Both the position numbers and the translations under genes were made by a program. A stretch of DNA of 64,000 nucleotides from Octopus bimaculoides (lineage: Eukaryota): positions 64,214,248 through 64,278,247 of the forward strand of contig NC_068992.1 in assembly GCF_001194135.2 (NCBI RefSeq), in the 5' to 3' direction. Position 1 is the first letter of the stretch. Each line of letters opens with the position of its first letter. Below, in pieces: positions 27,001 through 40,962 of the stretch. The notes beneath the pieces were generated by a model. The model was not told the origin of the DNA and searched no databases. It saw only the letters and a program-made list of their open reading frames with translations.

Positions 27001-30000
27001 ACAAGATCAAAGCAGATAAAAGCAAACAATGCAGGCCTTGGGCCTAGACCCTGCCAAACTGTCCAACCCATGCCAGCATGGAACATGGATGTTAAATGAT
27101 GATGATATATAATAAAAATATGGAGGCACAGGCATCGCTGTATCGTTAAGAAGTTGGTTTCCCAAGAATGTGACTCAGGTTCAGTCCCACTGCATGGCAT
27201 CTTGGGAGTGTGTCTCCTATAGCCATAGGCCAGCCAAGACCATGCAAGTGCATCTGGTAGATGGAATCTAAAAGAAACCCATCGCACATGCGTGCATGCA
27301 AGTGAATGAGTTTGTGTCTCTTCATCCTGGTGCCACACAATAGATGTAAATGGGCATCAAAATCATTCAAGCGTTGTTACTCGTTTTCAGTCTTCCATGA
27401 AAACATGTCAGGTCACAGGAAAATATTACCTTTGCTTGGAAACATGAGCTTTGGTGATTTGCCTCCACGAATTCCAGACAGCCCATGCAAGCATGGAAAA
27501 GTGGTAATTGAAATGGAAATGATGATCTACATTTTCCCCTCTTGATTTCACTCCCTGCAATGCCATCTTGCAAGCACCCCAGGGGCAGAACGCCTGATAT
27601 AGGATCTCCCTCTTTGGCTTATATGATATAAAGTAGATGGGAAAAACAAAAAGAAAGACACTCACTTCTTCAAAGAGCTTGCGGTCAGCCATGAGACGTT
27701 TTGAAGCCAGCGACTTAATGACATGATGCAGCACAAGGAGGGAACGTTCTTGTAGCAGCCTATCATTACAACGCACAACCATTAACAGTGTGGGGATTAG
27801 CTCAGGCCAATACCTCGGGCAGTCCATACGAGCTATCTTACCAATGAGGACAGCAAGCTGGGTAGCAACCTGGAAAACACAAGACACAATAGGATGAGAG
27901 AGAACAATAGTAGTAGTAATAACAGTTTCAAATTTCGGCACAAGGCCTGGAATTTTAGAGGAGGGGACAAGCTGATGACATCCACCCCAGTGTTTCACTA
28001 GTACTCACTTCATTGGCTCTGAAAGGATGGAAGGCAGTTGACCGTGGCGGAATTTAAACTTGGAAATGCGAAGATGAACTAAATGCCACTAAGCATTTTA
28101 CCTAGCATTTGAACTCAGAATGTCAAAAGCCAGCAGAAATATTGCAAGGCATTTTGTCCTAAGTTCAAATGATTCCACCTAAATAACACATCTTCACATG
28201 ATATCCAAAACCACTCCGTTTTAATGCCTTCATCTTTAAATTCAAACTATCTGTCATTTTATGCTTTAGTTAAGTAATGTTCCAGACACCAGCTTAATAA
28301 TGACACCACTTGTCTTTATCTTTTTTTGTTTGTCTTCTTGTGAATTCTCCCCTAATAATGACAAAGTTACACGATTAAACTTCACCAGATGACAAGGTCA
28401 TGTGGCTCAATGGCAGGAATAACACATGGAGTCACATACATACATCACAGACTGGCACAATCTGTCAGGGAGCAAGTGGCTGGGAAGCAAACCCCTTAGT
28501 CCCACAGATATGCCGAGACCTCAGCAAATTCCTGATAATTCTTTAGCAAAATTAACTGAAACACACACACACACAAAGGTTGTTTTATTTCAATTGAAAT
28601 ATGAAGATGAACAGCTGTGATGCCTGACTGACTGACTGTCAGCAAAGCGGGTACTCACCTGTGGTACAGGCTCATTGAAGTTGTCTATTAGACGCTTCTT
28701 TAGAGCATTCTTCTCTTCTTCTGCTATGGCACTAAAGGTAAAAGGAGAAAAATAGAAGAATTAAGGGTGTAGATACAAAATAACAATGGGGAGAGAGTTT
28801 GTGAGTGTGAGAGAGAGAGAGAGTAGGAAGACAAGGAGGGATGGTAAAATGAAGAGAGGGAGGAGCATGTGTGAAAGAAAGTGGGAACATTAGTGAAATA
28901 CAGGGTGAGAGAGAGAGAGAGAGAGAGTAGAAACATGAGTAAGAGAGAGAAAAGAGGGATGTATTAACAAGATAAACATGAAATTCAAACTCCCAAACAG
29001 CATTTGTACACATTAAGTTGTAAAGTAATTGGATGACACTAAACAGTGTAGATCATCTCATTATCATCATTTAATGCCCGCCTTCCATGCTGGCATGGGT
29101 TGGATGGTTGACGGGAGCTGGCCAGGCAGGAGCCTGCACCAGACTTCCGTGTCTGTTTTATGATTTTTACAGCTGCACGCCCTTCCTAACACCACTGTCA
29201 TGAATTGAAGATGAGATGGGTCATCTTTGAAATTCTCAAAAAGAATTTGGGTAGGTGCTGGCAAGTTGAAATTAGCTGGTTCTTTTTTATCTAAGATTGA
29301 GGATGAGTTGACAAATGTGAAGCTTCTCCATAAGAAAAGTCACAAGATTTAATAGGTTCATAAATGTCTGTCGCTTATCTAACATCACACTGGAGATGCC
29401 ATGCTGGTGTTTTTTTCCCCACTACTCATAGCTGTGTGGTCGAGAAGTTTGCTTCTCAGCAAAATGGTTTCAAGTTTAGTCCCACTGCACGACGCCCTTG
29501 TGAATGGACTTGGTAGACGGAAACTGAAAGAAGCCTGTCATATGTATGCATACATGCATGTATGTGACATCGTTGTCATCATCATCATCATCATCACCAT
29601 TTAACGTCTGCTCTTCATGGGTTGGATGGTTTGACATGGAGTTGACTAGCAGGCAGCTGTCCAGACTCCAACTGTCTGTTGTGGCATGGTTTCTACGGCT
29701 GGACGCCCTTCCTAACGCCATCACCTCAACAAAATGCACTGGGTGCTTTTTATGTGCCACTGGCACAAGTGCATTTATGCAGCACTGGCACAGGTGCTTT
29801 TCATGTGACACCAGCACCTGAAGGGACAAGCCTGCATATGTGGAAAACAGCGATTTTACTTAACTTGACATGTCTTATCAAGTACAGCAAATCACCACAT
29901 CTCCTGGTCCCTAGTCATTTCCTCATTGAAGCTCAGCATCTGAAGATTCTTTCTCACTTAATAATTTGCTTGAAAACAGGCGAGGGTTTGTGACAGAGAG

Positions 30001-33000
30001 GGCATCCAGCCAGAGAAAGTCTGTCTGACCCTTACAAGCCTGGAAAAGTGGATGCTAAAATGATGATGATGATGATGATAGGGTATTCTTCAGAGTACAT
30101 TCCAATAAATTCCTCCAGGGAACATCCAAGAAGAATTTATTGGAATATACAGTTCCGAAGATGGACAGTCAGAGAATATCTAAACTAAAAGCTTTGGCAA
30201 ATATTTTAATTCTTTTATCTATCACTTGTTTCAGTCACTGGACTGTTGCCATGCTGGAGCACCACCTTGAAGGGATTTAGCTGAACGAATCGACCTGAGT
30301 ACTTACACTTTTAAGCCTGGTGCTCATTCTATCAGTCTCTTTTGCTGAACTGCTAAGTAACAAACAAACCAACACTGGTTGTCAAGCAGTGGTGGGGGAC
30401 AAACACAAAGACACACACACAGCCATAGAAATGTTGCCAAATCAGACTGGAGCCTGGTACAGCCATCCATCTTACCAGTTCCAGTCAAACCATCTGACCC
30501 ATGCCAGCATGGAAAGCAGATGTTAAATGACGATGATATATATATATCTCCACCCAACCATAAAGATTTATGCCAAACAGACCTTTCTGGTGCTGGTGCC
30601 ATGTAAAAAGCACCCAGTCAACTCTGTAAAGTGGTTGGTGTTAGGAAGGGCATCCAGCAGTAAAAGCCATGCCAAACCAGGCAGTGAAGCTTGGTTCAGT
30701 TCTCTGGTTTGCCAGCTCCTGTCAAACCATTCAACCCATGTCAGCAGAGAAGAGGGATGATGGTAATATATATATGACAGATACGACAGGCTTCTACCAG
30801 TTTGTCTATCAAATCCAGGCTATGATTGGCCTGGGGTTATAATAGAAGACACTTGCCTAAGGTGTCATGCAGTGGGATTGAACCTGAAACCCTGTGGTTG
30901 GGAAGCAAACTTCTTACCACACATCCATGCCAGCACCTTAATAACAATACAATGAATTTTTCCTAAGAGTCTTTAGAATATACTAAAATGCATTTCAACC
31001 AATCAACAGTGGAATACTTACTTGGGAGCATTTCGCCGCCAGTATCGTTCAATACCATTCTTAAAGTAGAGTACAGCCAGCCATCGTATATTAAAATCAA
31101 TCTCATGATTTTGAAAGATTGTCTGCAAATTGAAGAGAAAAGGAAAATTATTAAAATAAACCACACAAGATTTTAGNNNNNNNNNNNNNNNNNNNNNNNN
31201 NNNNNNNNNNNNNNNNNNNNNNNNNNNNNNNNNNNNNNNNNNNNNNNNNNNNNNNNNNNNNNNNNNNNNNNNNNNNNNNNNNNNNNNNNNNNNNNNNNNN
31301 NNNNNNNNNNNNNNNNNNNNNNNNNNNNNNNNNNNNNNNNNNNNNNNNNNNNNNNNNNNNNNNNNNNNNNNNNNNNNNNNNNNNNNNNNNNNNNNNNNNN
31401 NNNNNNNNNNNNNNNNNNNNNNNNNNNNNNNNNNNNNNNNNNNNNNNNNNNNNNNNNNNNNNNNNNNNNNNNNNNNNNNNNNNNNNNNNNNNNNNNNNNN
31501 NNNNNNNNNNNNNNNNNNNNNNNNNNNNNNNNNNNNNNNNNNNNNNNNNNNNNNNNNNNNNNNNNNNNNNNNNNNNNNNNNNNNNNNNNNNNNNNNNNNN
31601 NNNNNNNNNNNNNNNNNNNNNNNNNNNNNNNNNNNNNNNNNNNNNNNNNNNNNNNNNNNNNNNNNNNNNNNNNNNNNNNNNNNNNNNNNNNNNNNNNNNN
31701 NNNNNNNNNNNNNNNNNNNNNNNNNNNNNNNNNNNNNNNNNNNNNNNNNNNNNNNNNNNNNNNNNNNNNNNNNNNNNNNNNNNNNNNNNNNNNNNNNNNN
31801 NNNNNNNNNNNNNNNNNNNNNNNNNNNNNNNNNNNNNNNNNNNNNNNNNNNNNNNNNNNNNNNNNNNNNNNNNNNNNNNNNNNNNNNNNNNNNNNNNNNN
31901 NNNNNNNNNNNNNNNNNNNNNNNNNNNNNNNNNNNNNNNNNNNNTCTACGTCCCCATAACCTAGCAGTTTAGCAATAGAGAGATAGAATAAGTTCTAGGC
32001 TTAGAAACAATAAGTCCTGGGGTTGATTTGTTCGACTAAAGGTGGTGCTCCAGCACGGCCGCAGTCAAACAAATGAAACAAGTAAAAGAGTATTAGTAAG
32101 AGTGCTTCAGAATACTTGTTCCAAATCCCTGTGCTCCAAGTTCAAATCCCACTGAAGTCAACTTTGCCTTTCATTACAGAGAAAAAAAAGACAGTGGCTT
32201 AGTGGGATTATAAGCACAAAAAGTTTAGGCACGTGGCTTAGTGGTTAGTGCATCCGGCCCACGACTGTAAGGTCATGAGTCTGATTCCTGGTGGCACATT
32301 GTGTCTTTGAACAAGGCACTCTATTTCCCATTACTCCAGTTCACTCAGCTGGAAAAAACGAGTTGTACTTGTAGTTCAAAAGTGTCACACTGACCCATGT
32401 TGAGAACTATGTTAAGAGTTATGCATGTCTGTGGAGTACTCGGCCACTTGCACGTTAATTTCATGAGCAGGCTGTTCCATTGATTGAACCAATCGGAACC
32501 CTCGTCACTGTAGCTGACCAAGTGCCAGTAGTAAGCACAACAGATCAAAGGTCATGAAGTATTTTTTTGTGGTTGTTTGCCTTCTGAGTTCAAATCCCAG
32601 CAAAACTAACTTGGGTGATAGATTTAATCCAAGACCACCAGGCACTTGGGGTATTGTCTTTAGTAGAATCCACTCTGTTGCAAGCACTTAGCCCAGGTCT
32701 CTACCTCACTCCCTCTGATTCCCCCCAACAATTTTGGAGCACCTGTAAAGGGTCAGGGACACTACGAGGGGGTGCTGAAAAGTTCCTGGCTTTGGGTAAA
32801 AGAAAATATGGACCCCCAAGGGTCATGTGGACCCTGGTTAAGAACCACTGGACTATGTCTATGTAGCAACATCAAAGACAACAGAAACCAAAGGAAAAAA
32901 ATTCAAGGATTCAAGAATACTAACAACAAAACATGGATGATAATTCATTACTTTGCTTTTTTTTTTTACAGACATTTCTAAGCAACATGAAGAAACTGGA

Positions 33001-36000
33001 AGATTCCTCTATTCTAAAAAGCGGCATTTGTACGACTATTTACCCATAAGCATTCAGCTTACTCTGTCAAATGTAATATTGATTTACATCGTTTTGAAGT
33101 AATCATGCATTATCTTGTAGCTTTTGAGATTTCAGTGGGATTGTTTATTTTTAGACTGACACGGTAGAGTAAGCACGAGAGGTCAGATCCGGCTGGTTTG
33201 CACATAAAACAGGTAGAATATTTGGGTCAGATGAGGCTGGTTTAAATGCTAAATGGTTACAGTGAGAGGGTGGACCATTCACTATGAACACCACTTTGTC
33301 ATTCACCAAATGAGAAAATCGTTATCTCTGTAATGTCAGATGATGTAGCAATAGCATAATTAACAAAGTTATCATAATTAGCCATGACACAAGGTCTCTT
33401 TAGCCTTTATCTCTCATTAAACATCCTCCTCTCACTACAAACAATACACATTCATTCATAAAATGAGAAAATGGTTTTCTCTTTAATGTAAGGTCAAGAA
33501 GAAATGTCATGTTAACCCTTTTGTTACCAAATTCCTGTTAAAATAAAATGCCTTTGTCTTAATTAATTTTGGGTAATAATGAAGAATTTAGTAAAGTAAC
33601 TTTATCATTCTTGAATTGGTATTTGGAACATAAAGGACCCCTTTCAGCTATGAATGACCATGGGATTGCACCTAGAAAGTTCCCCTCCAAGGCACAAGTC
33701 CGGGCAAGGTTGTTTGTGGAAGACCAGCAGTCACCCATGCATACCAGCCTCCTCTTCTCTCCATGCCACTGATGTTATCCAAGGGAAAGGCAAAGGCCGA
33801 TACAGCTTGGCACCAGTGTCATTGCAACTCATTTTTACAGCTGAGTGAACTGGAGCAACTTGAAATAAAATGTCATGTTCAAGAATGCAACATGCAGTCC
33901 AATCTGAAAATCGAACTCAGTACCTCATGATTGCAAGCTTCATGATGTTCTAACCACTGAGCCATGCAACTTCACTGAAACATAAATTAATATGAAATTT
34001 CTATCAGGGCTGTGGAGTCGGAAACAATTAAGGGGTAGCTGGAGTCAGAGTCGGTAAAACTATACCGACTCTGATTCCGACTCACAATGTCTTTATTCTT
34101 TCATATAAACCAGTTATAAGGCCTACTCAAAGTATAAGCGTATGCATATGCTTTATGGGATATGTAGACCACAATCAATTACATAAAGAAGAGTCGGAAT
34201 CGGAGTTGGAAGTGCCAATAGTACAGGAGTCTAAGTTTTTTGTTTCAAATCCACAGCCCTGATTTTTAGTCTACTTTAAAAGAGAAAGTTTCTTTCATAA
34301 ATCCATGGGCGTTCTTGGACAGTTTGGTATCAAAAGAGTTAATTAATGTTACAAAAGACACTATGTACTATCTACCTTTATATTCCTTTAATGCTTTAAA
34401 ATTCAGATCACTCTGTCAAATTTAAAGCTTATTTATTTGCATCGTTTTGAATTAATCATGAGTTGTCTCATAAGCTTTGAGATTTTAATGATGTGACTGT
34501 TTATTTTTGGAATGACAGTTGTAGGATAGATATAAGAGACTGAAGCTGGCTAGTCTGAATGTAAAACAGACAGGCTAATTGGGCCTGATATACCACTAAG
34601 ACCATCTGATGACCTATGGAGTTCTCTTTCTTTCTACCTCTCACCCTTTCATGCCAGGCCATGTAGCAATCACATATAATCAATGTTATCAAAAGGGTAC
34701 ACTGCCATTTAGCTCTTTTTCTCTTTGACCTTTTAGTATTTAAACTGGCCAGATCTAGCCTTCACACCTACCGAATAATGTCATTCTAAAAATAAACAAT
34801 CACGTGTGTGGGTGTCACATAAAAAGCACTGGTGATGGTGCCACGAAAAATAGCACCGATGATAGTGCCACGAAAAAAAAAAAGCACTGGTGATGGTACC
34901 ACGAAAAAAAAGTACTGGTGATGGTACCACGAAAAAAGNNNNNNNNNNNNNNNNNNNNNNNNNNNNNNNNNNNNNNNNNNNNNNNNNNNNNNNNNNNNNN
35001 NNNNNNNNNNNNNNNNNNNNNNNAAAAAAAAAAAAGCACTGGTGATGGTACCACGAAAAAAAAAAAGTACTGGTGATGGTACCACGAAAAAAAAAAAGCA
35101 CTGGTGATGGTACCACGAAAAAAAAGTACTGGTGATGGTACCACGAAAAAAGCACTCAGTACACTCTGTAAAATGGTTGGTACTTGGAAGAGCATCCAGC
35201 TGTAGAAGCCATGCCAAAACAGACAGGGATCTGATGTGGCTCCTGGCAAACTGTCAACCAATGCCAGCATGGAAAACGGAGATTAAATGACGATGACATA
35301 AAAATATCAAAGCTATGCGATGATGCATGCTTAATTCAAAAGAATGTAAACAAATAAGGTTTACACTTGATAAATCTGAATGCTACTCCTAACGCCATCT
35401 AGTCACGGATTTTCTCTCTCGATGCCATCATTGATACAGTTCATGCAGCAATGACATCATTCAACCACTACAATATACCAAGCAGTCTACTTTAAATACA
35501 AAGAATGAGCTACTTATGTGCAAACTTTTACTCAAATTCTTTCTGGAGTATTTCAAGGATTAGCAATAAGAAAATCATCTGGCTGTAAAAGAATGCCTTG
35601 CAACTTTGTTTAGAACATGAAAGCATGGGGAAATGACACAAAAATGGATGTGTGTGCATCTCTCACAGCCTGACAACTGGTGCTGGATTAGGTCTCCGTG
35701 ACTTAGTGTTTTGCCAAAAAAAAAAAAAAAAAAAAAAAAAAGATCAAGAGGATAAGCATTAGACTTTCAAATAAATACTGAAGATACTTTCACTGGCTAA
35801 ACCCTGCAAGGAAGTGCCCCAGCATGGCCACAGTCCACTCACTGAAACATGTAAACGACAAAAGAATTTCAATGACTCTGGGATGATGAAAAGCAAAGGG
35901 TACTTGGGTGGAATTGGTAGCTATGAAGCTCACTTTGCAGTTACATGGCTTTGGCTTCAGTCCCACTGCACGGCACCCTGGGCAAGTGTCTTCTAGAGCC

Positions 36001-39000
36001 CCGAGCCAAACAATGCTTTTGAGTGAATTTGGTAGGAAACTGTGTGGAAGCCTGTTGTGTGTGTGTCTGTATTTGTCTCCCGACAACTTGATGGCCAGTA
36101 TCGGTTTGTTTACAACCCTGTGACTTAGCAGTTTGGAAACTGACACAAATAGAATAAGTAGTAGAAAACTTGAAAATAAATACTGAAGTCGATTTACTGA
36201 ACTAACCATTTCAGAGTGGTGGTCCAGCATGGCCACAGTCTAATGATCAAAACAAATAAAAGTCAGAACAAAATGACTTGAAACATAGTAGGAGATACCC
36301 AAGGTGCTACACAGTGGGACTGAACCCTAAACCATGTGGTTGCAAAGCAAGCTTCATAAACACCCAGCCATGCCTATTCCAATAAAATTTTTAAAAAAAT
36401 GTTTTTTTAAATCTAGAACAAGACTGGGTTATTCCAACAAAGTTATAAAAATAGTTAAAAACAAATCTTCAGCCAGTTAAATGTTTAACAATAGAAGATG
36501 AGGTGTAACACAACCGTTAACCTAAATATTTTGCTTTCTATGAAAAACAATTCACAAAAACCGTTACTGCTGATCTGAGGTGTGTTTGTTTACGATAAGT
36601 GTTGCTGTTTAGCCCAGGTTGAGCAGCAGACCATAACTATTGTTATTCTTTCTTGTATAGCACATCTAGGACTACATCATCCCATTGTGTCTCTTTTTCT
36701 GTCTAAGGTCAATAGGGTGTGTAATGTAATTTGTATGAGATTTGGTTGTTGTTTCCAGGGGACTGAGTAGCCTGATGGAGGATCTCTCATCGGTAGGTGA
36801 GAGGTGTGATTCATTTCACATACTTGATTTGTTTTTTATCTTTTACTTTTATTAATCACTGGACTGTGGCCATGCTGGGGCACTGCCTTGGAAGGATTTA
36901 ATTGAACTAATCGACCTCAAGACCCATATTTCTTCTATAGTCTGGTACACATTATATTGATGTCTTTTGCCAAAGCACTAAGTCACTGGAATGTAAAGAA
37001 ACAAATACCAGTTGTAATGGTGAGGGAACAAATACAATGATGAAGTGTGTGTGTGAAATTTTGCAGTCTTGTTGTTGGTAATGGTGGTGATAATGGGCAC
37101 TGCATATGTATATATGCCATATATATTGGAATATATGCAGTCTTTGAGAAATTTCTGTGCTTATATTTGGTATGTGTGTGTTTCCTTGATATCAGACAAT
37201 GGCTGTGAACAAGTATTACTGTCATACCAACAGTGTTATTTGCCCAAACCTTCACTAAACCATGTCAGGCCATGGAGAAATATTACCTTGCTGGGAAACA
37301 GGTAAGGGTTGATGACAGGAAGGGTATCTCTGTTATCTGATAGTTTATATAAACAACAGATTTACTTAATTGACAGTAACATGCCAATGATATTGACTTT
37401 GCTTTTTTTTTTTAATTTTTTTATTATACATGTTTCTTCTCTGCATAAACCAATCTGTTATCTTTTCAAGTTTTTATTTCCCTCTCAATGTCTGATAAGA
37501 CCTATCTCAAATCTTATCAGATCAGCTTGTCTACTAACCTTGAAATTAACCCATTCAATACCAAGCCAGCTGAAACTGCCTCTGGCTCTGTAGCACAAAT
37601 GTCTGGTTTTCAAAAGTTCTGAATTAAAATTTTCCACCAAACTTCAGTCACAAGTTACATTTCTAACACTAGCTTAATGATAACTAAGTTATTTTACTAA
37701 ATTCTTTGTTGTATCTAAAATTAATTGACAGAAACACATTTTAAACAGAAATATGGTAACAAAAGAGTTAAACATGCTTTATCTCCATATTTTTCAGCAA
37801 TTTCTTTTTTATCAGACAGGGTAAGAGCCTTCCAAAACTACAAAAGAGTTACGGGGACAGAAGGCGGAAAGAGGGAAGGATAATATTAGTCAGTCTTCCT
37901 TCAATATAAACATCTTGACCTTTCTATGTGACCAACAAAAACACAGATAGTTGTTTAAAACACTGATAGGTGTCTCATTTTACATACTTGATTTGTTTAT
38001 CTTTTAGCATTTTAACCGTCCATATCTGGTTCAAATATTCTACCTGTTTTATATGTGATTTATAAACAATCACATCTTCCAAATTTCCAAGCCATGACAT
38101 AACACAATTAATTTAAAACCATAACTATTTAATGTCCATTCTCTATGTCATGAGTTGGACGGTTTGATAGGGGCTGACCAGCTGGAGAGTTGTCTGAACT
38201 CCATTTGTCTGATTTGGCATGGCTTCTATGGCTGGATGCCAACCACTTTACAGAATGTACTTGGTGCTTTTACCTGGCATTTGTCAGAGTAGTCTGAACA
38301 CTAAAGGGCAAAATGCCAGGTTATCCTGTTCCTTTTTCCAATGTAAAAAGCACCCACTACACTCTCAGAGTGGTTGGCGTTAGGAAGGGCATCCAGCTGT
38401 AGAAACACTGCAAGGTCAGATTGGAGCCTGGTGCAGCCTTCTGGCTCACCAGGCCTCAGTCAAGCCATCCAACCCATGCCAGCATGGAAAGTGGATGTTA
38501 AACGATGATGATGATGAATGTGTCTCTTTCTTTCTTTCTTTCTTTAACCTTTTTGATACCAACCTGCCTCAAATCACCCTTGGCTCAATGATGCAAATTT
38601 ACGTGTTTTAATGTGATCTAAATTAAAATCTTCCATCAAAATTTCATGTTAATTTTATGTACCAAACATCAGTTTAATAATGACAAAGTTATTGTTATAC
38701 TTGGGGATGGCCATATTTTGCCAATTAAACACGTTGCACTTCAGCTTGACTATAATGATGAAGTTATTTCATTAAATTCATTATTTTCAAAAGTTAATTA
38801 AAACAATGTCAGTGTTTTTTCAATACAAATATGGTAACAAAAAGGGTTAATGCAGCAAGGTGTAATATTTGAAGGCTATCTAGCTACTATTTATAGCAAA
38901 CCAAGTGACTGTTCAGAGTATCCATGGGTAACCTGCAGCCAATGAGACTTTCCGAATGGCACACCTATTGAAAAATTACCTTGAATTGTTTAGGTAGTGC

Positions 39001-40895
39001 AGTCCACCTGATGAGGAGCCAAGCCTCATGTGACCTGCTTTTCAAAAAAGGTTGCCCATGCTTGATGTAGAGGCACCCTCAATGGTTCAAAGCACTTGAG
39101 TAGTTGTTGTTTAACCCCAGGCCAATTCTGAAGGAGCACATCCGTGCTCAAATATTTCAGCCATACTTTATCATCTTTCTCCTACATGCAAGTGACCCAA
39201 GACAACATTATTCAACAAGTTCTCTCTTAAGGATGACAAAAAATGTTTAAAAGGAAATATGACTGCTATTTCAAGCAAATCAAGTACCCATATAGTTTTC
39301 TCCCCCATTGGTTGTTGCTTGACTCCAAGTCAACCCTGACACTAGGTATGTCTTACTGTGACCACTCAATCTTATTGTTAGAATAATTACCCAATGTAGC
39401 CTTCCTTTTTTTAAGCCATTAGGGAAGTAGTTCTCATCTGGGGTTCCTCTGGCCTGGGGAGTGGGGGTGGTCATATATATAAGATTTTGTTGTTAAAATT
39501 CATCGGCAATACAAAAAAATATTAAAATTTTTTTTTATACCATTCTTAATAATATTTAATTACAAAAATACAATAAAATTACTTTTTATATACAGTAGAG
39601 TGAAATAGGGATCAAAAGGGTCCACAGGAGCAAAAAAATGGTTGAGAACCCCTGCATCAGTGTGTAATTTGAGGGAGATTTGATTACTATTTCCAGCAAG
39701 TCTGGAATCATGTTGAAGCTTTTCCATTGATTTGTTAGAGTTTAAACGATTTTGTCAATTAGCTAACTGCATTAGTCCTAGTTTGTATTAGTGACAATAG
39801 TCACAACAGTGGCAATAGCAACACAATTGCTTTAGTCAAGTGCAACAGTCTTAATCACATGCAACTGCTTCAGTCACGCACACAGCTACATCAGTCACAT
39901 TTCCAGCTGCATCAGTAACACACAGCTGTCCTAGTCACGTGCAGTAACATTAATCACATTCATAGCTGCTTCAGTCACATGCAACTGCATTAATCACATT
40001 CATAGCTGCATCAGTCACATGCAGCTGCATTATCTGCCACTTTATATTAGTCACAGTTGTACTAGGGTCAATCTGCATTAACCATTGTCCATCATATCAG
40101 TCACAAAATTGTATTTATTAACAATCTAGAAAATCTTGCATGAAGATTTGTTTATAAATAGCCTTTCTTGTATCATTACTAAACGTGTTTGACTTCTGAA
40201 AATATTAATCACATAACGCAACACACTCCTCCTTTTTTCACCCATTCAAAGAAATATTCTTGGAATATTATTTGCGCAACTCTGTCTCTTTCCTTTCCCT
40301 CCCTTTCTCTCCATGTTATTCCCCTCTGTTTCTCTACTCCCTCTGACTCTTCCTCTCTCCTTCCACTACCATATGACCAGTTACAATCTAAGGCGGTGCC
40401 CTCCTTTTTCATGTTGCCTTCAACTGGATTGGTAACACTTCTCTGTGTTCCTTGCTCTGCCTTTCCCTTGCTTTTAGTCCTTTAGGACATTTTTCATTTC
40501 ACCTTTGCGTTATACAACACTTGTCTGTGCTAGCCCATGGCTTTTTTTGTTCTGACCTCCAGTGTTTGTTTTCTGTTCTTTTGTGTATTTAGTATATGTT
40601 TTACAACTTGACCATCTGTGTCTTTTATCTGTTTGTTTATTACTATACGTGTTTGACTTCTAAATATATATATATATATAAGCCATTATTGGACAGTTCA
40701 ATGATGGCTTAATAGGTCCAAATTTCAAAGTACCTGTCAATGCTATTCTTGTTAAAGAATATTAAATTTGCACCCAACCAAATGTTTTGAGTAATCCTTC
40801 AATTTAATGTAAAATCATTTTTATTATAACATAAGAACATTCATATATATGGCAGTTCCCTAGCATGGCTACAGCCTCAAGGCTGAAACATAAAA

Positions 40896-40962
<67 letters not shown>

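Noticed and set aside
30085-30190. Hammerhead-like remnant (CCGAAGA...AUCU-AAAC) next to a 13-bp inverted repeat
   Set aside because: U4 and G12 are altered and stems I and III are absent; not called as a ribozyme, used only as weak support.
34820-35155. Regularly spaced ~20-bp repeats superficially like a CRISPR array
   Set aside because: Spacers are only poly(A), the unit derives from a SINE, the context is eukaryotic, and there are no cas genes.
39006-39035. CTGATGA followed by a short GG/CC stem
   Set aside because: No GAAA or stem III follows.
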